From a candidate division WOR-3 bacterium (GTDB lineage: Bacteria > Hydrothermota > Tepidihabitantia > Tepidihabitantales > Tepidihabitantaceae), in assembly GCA_039801225.1 (NCBI GenBank), contig JBDRUH010000017.1:1-26377 (forward strand): a DNA stretch of 26,377 nt, in the 5' to 3' direction. Every line of letters begins with the position of its first letter. The first letter of the stretch is position 1. The notes beneath the pieces are model-generated. The model did no database searches. It worked only from the letters and a program-made list of their open reading frames with translations, and had not been told where the DNA came from. This document shows positions 25,827 to 26,377 of this stretch, one piece after another. Both the position numbers and the translations under genes were made by a program.

Positions 25827-25855
25827 ATTATAACCAGAGAAAAAACTCCTGTCCA
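25827..25855 (-). promoter_or_regulatory. Putative promoter of the flxDCBA operon
   Basis: On the - strand: TGGACA, 17 nt, TATAAT; ATG 11 nt downstream with no SD. Confidence 0.6.
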
Positions 25856-25941
25856 GTTTGGCACGATACGTTATCCTCAAAAACATATACCATTCACTGT
25901 TTATTGTTTTTGGCTCTTCGGGGTTTGTGACTATATAATAC

Positions 25942-25969
25942 TTGACAGAAGTATTGTTTATCATAAGAT
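25942..25969 (+). promoter_or_regulatory. Putative promoter of the last gene
   Basis: TTGACA (25942-25947), 16 nt, TAAGAT (25964-25969). Confidence 0.55.
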
Positions 25970-26052
25970 ATTCTGCTGCTCAAGTTTAGCCAACTCGGGC
26001 AGATAAGTCCGATAAGTTTTAAAGCAGCCCGAATCGGGCAAAAGGAGGCTAT

Positions 26053-26377
26053 ATGAAGCGCAGTGTTTTAATGCTGTTGCTCGCTGCCATGAGCTGGCTC
26101 CTCTGGGCAGCAAACGATGCGGCTGTTTTACCATCTCAGGGTGTTACCGCAGCACCCGCAAAAGACAATCTCTTCACAGCAACTGACGCAGTTACCATTC
26201 CGCAGATGCTCTCCTATCAGGGAAAACTTACCGACTCTTTAGGTAATTCGGTTCCGGATGGTGACTATCAGTTGACCTTCCGGCTATACACTCAGGAGAC
26301 CGGTGGAATCCCATTCTGGACCGAAGAGCAAACGGTTGCCGTAAAAAACGGGCTCTTTTCTGCCCTTCTTGGTTCGT
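26053..26377 (+). CDS. 5' part of a secreted protein with an IPQMLSYQGKLTD-type N-terminal domain, often seen on tail-fibre/adhesin-like proteins (partial)
   Basis: Not in the ORF track. AAGGAGG RBS, then an open frame to the window end: MKRSVLMLLLAAMSWLLWAA...TIPQMLSYQGKLTDSLGNSVPDGDYQLTFRLYTQETGGIPFWTEEQTVAVKNGLFSALLGS. Confidence 0.75.
   Translation, partial: MKRSVLMLLLAAMSWLLWAANDAAVLPSQGVTAAPAKDNLFTATDAVTIPQMLSYQGKLTDSLGNSVPDGDYQLTFRLYTQETGGIPFWTEEQTVAVKNGLFSALLGS

Noticed and set aside
839..25964. Numerous 60-140 aa alternative-frame and antisense ORFs in the track
   Set aside because: They mostly lie within well-supported genes, lack RBSs and motifs, and are expected by chance.

Overview
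A 26.4 kb bacterial chromosome segment from a diderm, probably anaerobic, FCB-affiliated lineage. The T9SS-type C-terminal sorting domains, clpC-bamA and flxDCBA resemble candidate division WOR-3, but this is inference only. The + strand carries the end of a T9SS-CTD protein, clpC, bamA, an outer-membrane beta-barrel, a DUF4203-like membrane protein, an RseC-family protein, a lipoprotein, an ECF sigma factor with a zinc anti-sigma, mnmA, a DUF4139 protein, trmFO and a second T9SS-CTD protein. The - strand carries flxD(mvhD)-flxC-flxB-flxA, a lipoprotein, an OmpA-family protein, and phoH-ybeY-CNNM-CNNM-recO. A secreted-protein gene begins at the right edge. No rRNA, tRNA, CRISPR array or transposase was recognised. 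The most striking signal is that short DNA repeats have entered core genes in frame. A GTAG-type REP palindrome lies inside the RecO zinc finger. A second GTAG REP plus a repeat fragment lies inside FlxC. A CGTC-type repeat, also found in three intergenic copies, encodes the C-terminal tail of FlxD. Period-7 tandem arrays form the termini or junctions of bamA, the anti-sigma, mnmA and phoH/ybeY. Several genes also appear to have near-leaderless promoters, and many promoters have 16-bp spacers.
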